Positions 7,466-15,275 of a DNA stretch of 37,028 bases are shown here, piece after piece. The translations under genes were made by a program, and so were the position numbers. The DNA comes from Promethearchaeota archaeon (GTDB taxonomy: Archaea; Asgardarchaeota; Lokiarchaeia; Sigyniarchaeales; SOKP01). How positions within the stretch are numbered: position 1 is the stretch's first letter; each line of letters starts with the position of its first letter. Below the pieces are notes generated by a model. That model was not told where the DNA came from. It saw nothing but the letters and a program-made list of their open reading frames with translations, and made no database searches. The DNA is taken from the NCBI GenBank assembly GCA_048941265.1, contig JBHLNT010000026.1:1-37028 (forward strand), written 5' to 3'.

Positions 7466-9082
7466 TTATCCATAAGCTCAAAAGGATTTAAACTTGTAGT
7501 CGGAGATAATGAAATCTCCATTCATGATAGATTCACATTAATTCTAGGTAAATTTAAAAAAGATATTTTAGAAACAATTCAACAAGATGAGGTTTTTGAG
7601 ATTATAACAGATTATAACTTAATTCCAATTGAGAATTTTATCGCATTATTTAAAGATTCCTCCCAAAAAGATCTGAATTTAAATAAATCCATTAAATTGC
7701 TTACCATCATTAAAGATACTCAAAAGGTAATTAACATTAACTCAAACCTTATCTTGCGTTCTAAAAATCTGGTCCAGTCAGTAGTCTCTATACTTAAATA
7801 TAATTCACTACTTAAAAAAAGAGGACTTCTTGAAAAAGAAAAAAAATTATCAGAGAGTAAACAAATTTCAAGTGAACTAACAGCGAAAAAAGATTTACTA
7901 ACTAAACTAAATGAATCTTTAATAAATAACAAAAAGAAATTTAATTACACCAAAGAAGATTTTCTCTATTTAAATAACAAACGAACTCAAATTCTTAATA
8001 CTATAAATAATTATAAGGAAAAAATTCGAGAATTAAATAAGAAAAAAAAAGATTGCTTTAATGAAATTAATAAAATAACGAGATATATGAGCGATCCAAC
8101 CCAGAAAAGCAAATTAGAAGAATTAAATCTCGATTTGAGTGATAATAAATACAATTCAAAAGCCGGTGCTATTAAATCCTTACAAAAACAAGCTAAAGAA
8201 CATCAGTATGAAATCAATCAACTTAATGTAAAAATTCATGAAACGCAATTAAATTTAGACCAAATTAATCCCAGTTTTCAAACTATAGAAGCAGATTACA
8301 ATTCTTTAATTAAGATGATTGAAAATGATGAAGCAGGCATAAACAAAATTAAAACAGAATTAAAGAATGAATTAAGTAGAAATGAGGAGTTTAAAGATTT
8401 TGAGATTTCTGCTTATAACTCTTTCAAATCAAAACAGGAAATTGAAAATGAAATTACAGAAGTTTCGAATCAATTAAAGTCAATTATAGGTAAAACTACT
8501 TATATAGATCCTGACCAACCAGAAAACCTCTCGAAAATTATAAAGGAATTCACAGAAATTAATGAATCCCTATTAAAAGAAGATACTAAAGATCTTTCGA
8601 TACCTTATGAAAAAGATGAAATTATTGACTGCTTAGAAAATTTTAGAAAAGTAGAGTATTTATATGGCGATCTTGAAGAGTTATTAAATATCTTTTTGGA
8701 ACAAATTAATTTAGAAGTGAAATTTCAAACTGCTATCAGTGAAGATTTTAATAATTTCTTTATAAAGACATCTTTCTTGCGATCAACTAAAGAAAATATT
8801 AGTTTTGAAGAATTTACAACACCAGAAAAAATTTATTTCGTTTTAATATTTTCTCTATCAATAAAAATCATATTACAGACAAGATACATTATTTTTTCTA
8901 ACTTATATCTTCCAAGCGAATATAATAGAAGAGGGTCTATATATCGAACAATTTCTAAAATTTTACCTATTTTTGAGCAAGAAAAAAGCTTGAAAAACTT
9001 CAATCTCATATTTCTTATCTCAAATTTAGAAATGAAAAAAAAAATTGAAAATATAAAAGTAATAAATATTGAGGAAAATTAA
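7466..9082 (+). CDS. Short SMC/Rad50-like coiled-coil protein with degenerate ABC-ATPase head (operon gene 7); true start lies upstream of the 7697 TTG
   Basis: The frame is open from 7466, 77 codons before 7697: LSISSKGFKLVVGDNEISIHDRFTLILGKFKKDILETIQQDEV, which matches the SMC N-terminal pattern KGFK...FTxIxG. A long coiled coil follows. The C-terminus ISFEEFTTPEKIYFVLIFSLSI...YIIFSN...NLIFLISN aligns with LSGGEK / hhhhDE / hhhhTH. Confidence 0.7.
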   Translation, partial: LSISSKGFKLVVGDNEISIHDRFTLILGKFKKDILETIQQDEVFEIITDYNLIPIENFIALFKDSSQKDLNLNKSIKLLTIIKDTQKVININSNLILRSKNLVQSVVSILKYNSLLKKRGLLEKEKKLSESKQISSELTAKKDLLTKLNESLINNKKKFNYTKEDFLYLNNKRTQILNTINNYKEKIRELNKKKKDCFNEINKITRYMSDPTQKSKLEELNLDLSDNKYNSKAGAIKSLQKQAKEHQYEINQLNVKIHETQLNLDQINPSFQTIEADYNSLIKMIENDEAGINKIKTELKNELSRNEEFKDFEISAYNSFKSKQEIENEITEVSNQLKSIIGKTTYIDPDQPENLSKIIKEFTEINESLLKEDTKDLSIPYEKDEIIDCLENFRKVEYLYGDLEELLNIFLEQINLEVKFQTAISEDFNNFFIKTSFLRSTKENISFEEFTTPEKIYFVLIFSLSIKIILQTRYIIFSNLYLPSEYNRRGSIYRTISKILPIFEQEKSLKNFNLIFLISNLEMKKKIENIKVINIEEN

Positions 9083-9604
9083 GTGAGTATGATGGAAAGT
9101 TCTAAACCTGAAGATATAGTAAAAACTATATCAAAACTTATTTTGACAAACCAGCAGAAAATGATTAGAGAAGAAGATCTTAGGAATCTAAGCGAAAATT
9201 TTGATTTTGATCAAATTATAAATGAAGTTTATCTAAATCTAAATAAGATTGGTTTCGAACTAATAAAAACTAAATTTTTAGAACAGAATTACTATGTCCT
9301 CATTACTGGAGGAAAAGATGATAATATTACTCCTAGTCAATATGGCACTTTAGCCTTAATTTTGGCACTTAGTAGGGAACTTGATGAAAACGTGAAAATT
9401 GATGATTTAAAAGAAATTTTTTCAAGTATTTGGGATTCTGACATTAAATTTCTACTTGAAAATGATTATTTGCGAGAAATTAATGTAGAAGGTTTAGATA
9501 TTGTTAAAATTACCCCATTAGGGAAAGCTACTATGAAGAATATTATTCAAAATTTACAATTAAAAAACTTACTTGATATTTTTAAAGAAAGTAAATCAGA
9601 ATAA
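9083..9604 (+). CDS. Tandem winged-helix protein, KITE-like (Nse1/Nse3/ScpB/MukE-type) (operon gene 8)
   Basis: 173 aa. WH-A is FDQIINEVYLNLNKIGFELIKTKFLEQNYYVL. The linker ITPSQYGTLALI resembles the ScpB LS..ALETLAII helix. WH-B is IKFLLENDYLREINVEGLDIVKITPLG. Its GTG abuts the upstream TAA. Confidence 0.7.
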   Translation: MSMMESSKPEDIVKTISKLILTNQQKMIREEDLRNLSENFDFDQIINEVYLNLNKIGFELIKTKFLEQNYYVLITGGKDDNITPSQYGTLALILALSRELDENVKIDDLKEIFSSIWDSDIKFLLENDYLREINVEGLDIVKITPLGKATMKNIIQNLQLKNLLDIFKESKSE

Positions 9605-9627
9605 TAAAATAAAAAAATAAAAATATG

Positions 9628-10047
9628 TTATTCTCCCTCAAGATCCATTTTAAACTGCTCGAAAATTTTTCTTACTCTATCCGCTGAAGGACCGGACCCT
9701 CTAACACCCTCTTCATCTACAATAATTTTTCCATTTAGGATTGATATAACGTTTTGGTCTTCTTTTAAGTCAACATGGCCCGGAGAGAAAATTTTAGCTA
9801 TTCTATCTGCAAGCGCTTGCATTGGAAAAGGTTCTTCCTCTAAACTAATATAATTGTAATAAGAACTTTTTACAAGTAGTTTTGGAAATGATTTTTTTTT
9901 CTCGTTTTTTACATTAACTAAAATTAAATTTGAATCCTCAGAGACTCCTTTCAATTGTCCAACAAAAAATTTATCATCATCAAGATATACTTTAACGATC
10001 TTGTCAACTAAGAGCCCTAATTCAGTATTATATTGTCGCATGGACAT
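9628..10047 (-). CDS. Sm-like archaeal protein, SmAP3 type (Sm domain + Lsm_C domain)
   Basis: Sm1 motif LVDKIVKVYLDDDKFFVGQLKGVSEDSNLILVNV, plus a C-terminal domain ending GVRGSGPSADRVRKIFEQF as in SmAP3. Confidence 0.85.
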   Translation of the reverse strand: MSMRQYNTELGLLVDKIVKVYLDDDKFFVGQLKGVSEDSNLILVNVKNEKKKSFPKLLVKSSYYNYISLEEEPFPMQALADRIAKIFSPGHVDLKEDQNVISILNGKIIVDEEGVRGSGPSADRVRKIFEQFKMDLEGE

Positions 10048-10238
10048 ATTTTAACCAAACCAATTTTTATCTATTAGAATTATATTAATATTTATTTTCT
10101 TTTCTTAAAATTTTTAGGTTATTTAATTTGTTGCTCCAAGGTTTCAATAAGTTCTGAAGAAAAAGATGTGAGCTGTTTATTAGGATAAGAATACAAAAAA
10201 TAGTTCTTTTCTTAAAATCACAGATTAGCTTATATACT

Positions 10239-11042
10239 TCATCCCTTCTTAATTTCTTTTATCAATTCGTTTGTTTTTTTATAATAATAATCATCAGGTT
10301 CTTTTAAACCCAATTTTTTAAAGTTTTTTAATGCCTCTTCAAGATAAAGGAGTGCCTCTGAATGTTGATTTAATTTAAAGTGAATTTTCCCTATTTCAAA
10401 TAATACAATTGTCGTTTTTGACAAAATTTTTTCCACGTTATATATTTGGAGTGCTTCTTTAAATTTATTCAATGCTTCAGAAAATTTTTTTTGTCTATTC
10501 AATATACCTCCTATTTCTGCTAAATCGTCTGCTATTCCTCCTAAAGGACCAAATTCAGAATGTATTTGAAGCAATTGTTTATATAATAATAATGCTTGTT
10601 CATAATTTTTTTGTCTTTTATATAAATCACCAATATTATAAAGAAGCAATATTTTTTCCTCCTGGGGTTTAATTTCGGCATGTTCAATCCGATTATAGAG
10701 TGCAAGGGCTTCTAAATATACATTAATTGCAGTTGAGTATTTCCCTTGCAAAGAATAAATACGACCGATTTTTTCAAGAACCAAACTTTCTTTTTCTCTT
10801 AATCCTAATCTTTTACATATTGAGCGTAAATTATCATAGATGCTTAAGGCTTCTGTTAAATTATTTAACGCATAATATATATTTCCAACTTTATTTAATG
10901 CAGTAATATTGTTAGGATAAACGTTTAATACTTCCTTAAACATTTCAAGAGCATTTTCATATTGCCCGTTTTTATAATAATTCCTACCTTTTTTAATCCA
11001 ATTACTAATCTTCCCTTCCATTATCCGCCCCTTCTCCCTCAA
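10239..11042 (-). CDS. Tetratricopeptide repeat protein
   Basis: About six repeats of the type G.IY..QGKY..A...Y.EAL. Confidence 0.88.
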   Translation of the reverse strand: MREKGRIMEGKISNWIKKGRNYYKNGQYENALEMFKEVLNVYPNNITALNKVGNIYYALNNLTEALSIYDNLRSICKRLGLREKESLVLEKIGRIYSLQGKYSTAINVYLEALALYNRIEHAEIKPQEEKILLLYNIGDLYKRQKNYEQALLLYKQLLQIHSEFGPLGGIADDLAEIGGILNRQKKFSEALNKFKEALQIYNVEKILSKTTIVLFEIGKIHFKLNQHSEALLYLEEALKNFKKLGLKEPDDYYYKKTNELIKEIKKG

Positions 11043-11157
11043 TTTCTTCCTTTTAATTAGGTATTTAATTTTTACATAATCTTGAAATTATTTCTACACC
11101 ACAAAATCACCAAATTTTAGGTTTTTATCTTGAAAGATATCATTGTTCTGGGTAAAT

Positions 11158-11538
11158 TTAATTGATTTGCTTTTGGAGTATTTGTTTTAATGCGTTAAAT
11201 TCATTATTCGAAATTTTTGAAATTTTAAGTAATTCAATTTTGTTAAATGGAAATTTTTGAGATTTCAAAACAAAATAAATAGCCATTGGCATTAATATCT
11301 CAAAATTTCTGAATTTACTCCCCGGATTAAAAGTACTCCAAAAATTCATGAATTTTTCGACTATCAATGTTTTCAAAGAGATTGGTAAGTTTAAACCTTT
11401 TAATATTCTATAAGTTTCAACGTTAACTCTTTCTAAAACTGATTTTTTTTTGATTTTGTAATAGTTATTTAAACTTTCCAAATTCAATACTTGATTAAAT
11501 TTATGTAGTCTTTTTTCAGTTGCCATATTTTTAACCAA
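11158..11538 (-). CDS. Short TFB-like protein with a single cyclin-fold repeat (truncated or possibly decaying paralogue)
   Basis: ILKGLNLPISLK...KFRNFEILMPMAIYFVLKSQKFPFNKIELLKISKIS parallels the TFB repeat (LNLP...RGRS...AA.AY...P.TL.EI). No Zn ribbon or second repeat. Confidence 0.55.
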   Translation of the reverse strand: MVKNMATEKRLHKFNQVLNLESLNNYYKIKKKSVLERVNVETYRILKGLNLPISLKTLIVEKFMNFWSTFNPGSKFRNFEILMPMAIYFVLKSQKFPFNKIELLKISKISNNEFNALKQILQKQIN

Positions 11539-11946
11539 ACTTTTTTAGCTAAACATAATTTCTAAATGCATTATTTTAATTATATTACCGAGTCTCCTTT
11601 TTAAATGCAATCTTTTAATGAGCAATATTCTTGGAAAATCGAATACAAATCAGTTATTATAAAAATATCTTCTGTTTTTTTGAAATATCCTATTAGAAAA
11701 AAGTTCTAAAGGAATTGGTTCCAAAGATCAATATAAAAATTGCATTTATTTTAAGTAAGTTACAATTTTTCCTTTATAAAGATCACTCTCGAAAAAAATC
11801 TGCTTATTAGTTCACCAAAAAACTAGTAGTGTAAATGTCTAAGATCATTTAAGCCAGGGCAGGAATAAAATAATTATTAAGTATAAATAAAATTTCATTT
11901 ATTTGTGATATTTTCTTTCCAAGGCCCATTTTACTATTTTATCTAC

Positions 11947-12004
11947 TTCTTAAATAGTTTAATGTTTCTTATTACTCTGACTAACATCAGAACTATTTAA
12001 AGAA
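11947..12004. repeat. Imperfect inverted repeat with 10-bp perfect core
   Basis: TTAAATAGTT (11950-11959) / AACTATTTAA (11991-12000), extended inward by ATGTT (11962-11966) / AACAT (11983-11987). Confidence 0.6.
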
Positions 12005-12041
12005 AAAATAAAAAAATTTTTCTTTATATAGTTATAGTTAA

Positions 12042-12170
12042 AATCTATTTAGAGAAGGAATCTCCTAATTCAATCCTTTCTTGATATTCGCCCCCGTTAG
12101 ACTTCAAAAAGTCTACACGCCCTCTTGTTTAGAGACTTGGATTGAATTTTGATCTCCTTCTCTTAAGATT
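12042..12170. ncRNA. Candidate structured non-coding RNA (or MITE-like element), family unknown
   Basis: Nested complementarity: AGAGAAGGA 12051-12059 / TCCTTCTCT 12155-12163, and AATTCAATCC 12067-12076 / GGATTGAATT 12139-12148. Inner hairpins are CGT-TAGACTT-caaa-AAGTCTA-c-ACG (12095-12119) and CTCT-tgttt-AGAG (12122-12134). A TATA-like TTTATATA sits at 12023-12030. Confidence 0.45.
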
Positions 12171-12212
12171 ATAATTTCTAATAAATCTGAAAAAATTCGA
12201 AAATATAAGGTA

Positions 12213-12875
12213 TTAAATACCAAGTGCTTTTATAAGTTCGGAAATATTTTCTCCCGTTTTTGCACTAGTTGTAAAAATTTTAAGGTTCGGATTAATTTCC
12301 TTAGCATCATTAATCATCTCATCGATATTAACTTCTATAACATCGAGTAAGTCAATTTTATTTATCACAGCAATATCTGAAAATTTAAACAATAAAGGAT
12401 GCTTTATTATTACCCATGGTCCCTCAGTGATAGATACAATTACGATTCTCTTTTCAGCACCCAGAATAAAATCAGATGGACAAATTAAATTACCCACATT
12501 TTCAATAAATAAGATTCCATCTCGATATTCTTTTAAATCAATATTTTTTAATATTTTAGAAATGTGAAAGGCATTTAAAGCACATTCTCTTCCAGTGTTG
12601 ACTTGAATGGTTTTCACACCGTACTGTTCAATCCTATTTGCATCAATTCTTGTGGCAACATCACCATTAATAACTAAGATCTTATGTTTTTTTGCTAATT
12701 TTTCTGAAATTATTTCTAATAATGCTGTTTTGCCAGCACCTATCGCTCCCACGACATCAAAAGACCTGATATTATTATCCCTTAATATCTGATTATTTTG
12801 GTCAGCTAATCTTTCATTATTTTCGATTAAATCTTCGTTTAATTCTATAATTTTTGAAGCTTGTTCCTCAGGCAT
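12213..12875 (-). CDS. hypB: Hydrogenase nickel incorporation GTPase HypB
   Basis: GAIGAGKT P-loop, GDVATRIDA, NTGRECAL, ENVGNLICP, NKIDLL and SAKTGE motifs. Confidence 0.92.
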   Translation of the reverse strand: MPEEQASKIIELNEDLIENNERLADQNNQILRDNNIRSFDVVGAIGAGKTALLEIISEKLAKKHKILVINGDVATRIDANRIEQYGVKTIQVNTGRECALNAFHISKILKNIDLKEYRDGILFIENVGNLICPSDFILGAEKRIVIVSITEGPWVIIKHPLLFKFSDIAVINKIDLLDVIEVNIDEMINDAKEINPNLKIFTTSAKTGENISELIKALGI

Positions 12876-12966
12876 TTTAATAAAATTTCCCTAATTTTTT
12901 AAGGTTTAAACCAATATAACGATAGAATTTTTGAACATTGATATTATTTATGAATTTTAAAAAAAG

Positions 12967-13854
12967 CTATAACTTACGAACTTTATATCTATTATAATAA
13001 ATAAGATAAGCTGCTAAAATTCCACCTAGATCTGGAATATAATAAAGAACATATAATGGATAAAAAAGCGTATAAATTAAACCTGGAATTAGCCAGATTA
13101 AAATTATAATTAATAAGAAAGTTCTTCCCTTAACCCTAATTGGGATAAAGTACATCAAACCTGTCATTTTACGATTATAATAAGGAAATATGGTAAAGGA
13201 AAGGATTCCGAATATACCCCCCCACGCTAAGCCAACATAAACACCATAAGTTTCTATAGGATAATATAAATGAAATAAAAGCCGTAATAAGATATATATC
13301 ATCGCTGAAAAGAGGGCACATGATATATAAAGATTTATTAAAAATTTAGTCCCATATTGCATTTCTAAATATCTGGTCATATTATATAAAAAATACATCA
13401 TAATCATTAAGATGAATAATCCCAATAATCCACCAGAACTGATAAATAAAGCTGTAAACAAAGTATAATAAGTATAATAATATACAAGTCCTTGAAGACT
13501 AAGGAATATATAGCGCTCAAGTCCTATAAGACTAAAAATAAAAGCCACTATAGAAAAAATCACAATCATAAAAATTAAAAATTTAGTCCCTTTAAATTCT
13601 GTTTTAGATGGTCCATAAGTTCTTTGGAAAATCCTATATTCATATTGAGGTTTTTTAGGTCTTTTTAATGGTTCTTCCCGATATCTTATACTCGGTTCAC
13701 CTGAAGAGGTTGGAACAACTGAGATATGCTTTAATTCAAATGTACATTCATGATTTTCAGGTAAGCGGTGTTTTTTACAAAATGTACCTCCGCAGTATTT
13801 ACATTTGAATGGCAAATACCCTATTTCTTCTCCGCAAAATACACAAAATGGCAC
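12967..13854 (-). CDS. AN1 zinc finger fused to rhomboid-family membrane domain lacking catalytic Ser/His (pseudoprotease)
   Basis: AN1 finger CVFC...CKYC...FCKKHRLPENHEC and about 6 TM segments. The GxSG position reads GLAWGG and the AHLGG position reads PDLGG. Confidence 0.75.
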   Translation of the reverse strand: MPFCVFCGEEIGYLPFKCKYCGGTFCKKHRLPENHECTFELKHISVVPTSSGEPSIRYREEPLKRPKKPQYEYRIFQRTYGPSKTEFKGTKFLIFMIVIFSIVAFIFSLIGLERYIFLSLQGLVYYYTYYTLFTALFISSGGLLGLFILMIMMYFLYNMTRYLEMQYGTKFLINLYISCALFSAMIYILLRLLFHLYYPIETYGVYVGLAWGGIFGILSFTIFPYYNRKMTGLMYFIPIRVKGRTFLLIIILIWLIPGLIYTLFYPLYVLYYIPDLGGILAAYLIYYNRYKVRKL

Positions 13855-14032
13855 TAATTTATAACCCTATTCCTTTTTCTAAATAAGTTCTGTTTATTAG
13901 TTATATTAAAACGGCTATAATATTAAAAATATTATCCTTCTATTTTTTAGTTTTGGAATAAAATTTATTTTTTCTTATAAAAATATAGAACCATAAGTAC
14001 TTATAAAGATTATAAAAAGTTGTTGTATGAGA

Positions 14033-15046
14033 TTAACTGGCATTACCTTTCATGCTTTCGGGTACGTATAACGAGGTTTCAATTGGAGCGTAAATCAAAG
14101 AGTAAGTGATTATTAACATTAGTATTAATAAACCAGCTAAAAGAAAATATACCGATTTACTCCATTTAAAAATATTTTGCCCATCTAATATCCCAATTGG
14201 GATCATGTTAAATAAGCCTAACATAAAATTTAAAGCTGCAGCATAACCAATAAATAAATTCAGCGGAAACAAATCTTTAGGCATTCCTATAGATATAATT
14301 AATAGGATGATGCCATAAATTAAATTAACAATCGGACCAGCAGATTTACATAAACCTGTTTTGCGATCAATCTTATCTAAGCCCAAAACAACGACAGCAC
14401 CAGGCAAGGCTAATATGGGTAAGCTAACTGAATTTGAAAGTAAAGACCAAATACCTGCTATCAATCCGAAAACCGTTAATATCATACCGAAGGTAAGTAA
14501 TCGAAATTTCGTTTGAAGTCCAAAATGTTTAGCTACTTGGCGATGACCAAATTCATGAAATAGAAACGCTGTTGTATAAAATCCTGCTAATAAAAATATT
14601 GCCCAGGTTAAATTTAACCGAATTAATTGAGGATTAAAAAATACAATTAACCCTATCAAGAAAATTAAACTTGCACCAATTAATAAATGTAAAAATTCAG
14701 ATTTATATGGAAATAAAATACCCTTAAATTCAATTCCTGAGCCAGGATCGAAAGCATTCTCAGGGATGTGTCTTTCTTGTCGATACCAGTTAAAACTTCC
14801 ATCGGTAGTTCCACGTATAGTTGAATCAGCAGCTTGTTGTTCGGGATATCGCTGCTGATATGAGGGGACCTCCCTATATGTAGATTCTGGAGCTTGAATT
14901 TGTTGAGATTTTAAAGATTCTATTACAATATTGCACTCATGGTTTAATGGATCTTTATGTAATCCACAATAGTTTTGACCACATTTTTCGCAATGATAAA
15001 CCTCGTTTTGAGGAATTTCCTCTCCACAATGATAGCATAATGTCAT
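14033..15046 (-). CDS. AN1 zinc finger fused to M50 (site-2) intramembrane metalloprotease
   Basis: CYHC...CEKC...YCGLHKDPLNHEC finger, with HEFGH, AGPIVN and FNMIPIGILDG M50 motifs. Confidence 0.88.
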   Translation of the reverse strand: MTLCYHCGEEIPQNEVYHCEKCGQNYCGLHKDPLNHECNIVIESLKSQQIQAPESTYREVPSYQQRYPEQQAADSTIRGTTDGSFNWYRQERHIPENAFDPGSGIEFKGILFPYKSEFLHLLIGASLIFLIGLIVFFNPQLIRLNLTWAIFLLAGFYTTAFLFHEFGHRQVAKHFGLQTKFRLLTFGMILTVFGLIAGIWSLLSNSVSLPILALPGAVVVLGLDKIDRKTGLCKSAGPIVNLIYGIILLIISIGMPKDLFPLNLFIGYAAALNFMLGLFNMIPIGILDGQNIFKWSKSVYFLLAGLLILMLIITYSLIYAPIETSLYVPESMKGNAS

Positions 15047-15275
15047 TAATTTTACCTCATTCTAATTTTAATCTAATATTAGTCAATAATTAAAATGTTG
15101 TTTTTTTTTATTAATCTTTTATTGCTAATCTATAATCATTATAATTATAAAGCTATTTTATAAATCTTTTTTTTACCATACCAAAGTAATAATAAATTAT
15201 TGTTTGATTTTTGACAAAACTTAATTAAACCAGTTAACATTAATAAAAAATATAAAAAGAATATACTATTAATGG

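Noticed and set aside
5254-9604. Interpretation as an ESCRT/Cdv (Vps4 + ESCRT-III + ESCRT-II) locus
   Set aside because: The ATPase lacks a MIT domain and an aromatic pore loop, no Snf7-sized ESCRT-III pattern was recognised, and gene 7 has SMC-head-like termini. It is kept only as a minor alternative for gene 8.
672-9604. Calling the operon a canonical Wadjet, MukBEF or Lamassu system
   Set aside because: There is no Toprim JetD nuclease or recognisable effector, the SMC is short with dead motifs, and the extra AAA+ and PC4-like genes do not fit those systems.
11600-11930. Tiny minus-strand ORFs (26-40 codons) upstream of the TFB-like gene
   Set aside because: They are too short and have no Zn-ribbon or other motif. 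I could not support them as genes or as a definite pseudogene.
12042-12170. 5S rRNA, tRNA or SECIS identity for the structured element
   Set aside because: It lacks 5S conserved loops and a tRNA T-loop/cloverleaf, and the upstream hypB has no in-frame UGA that would need a SECIS.
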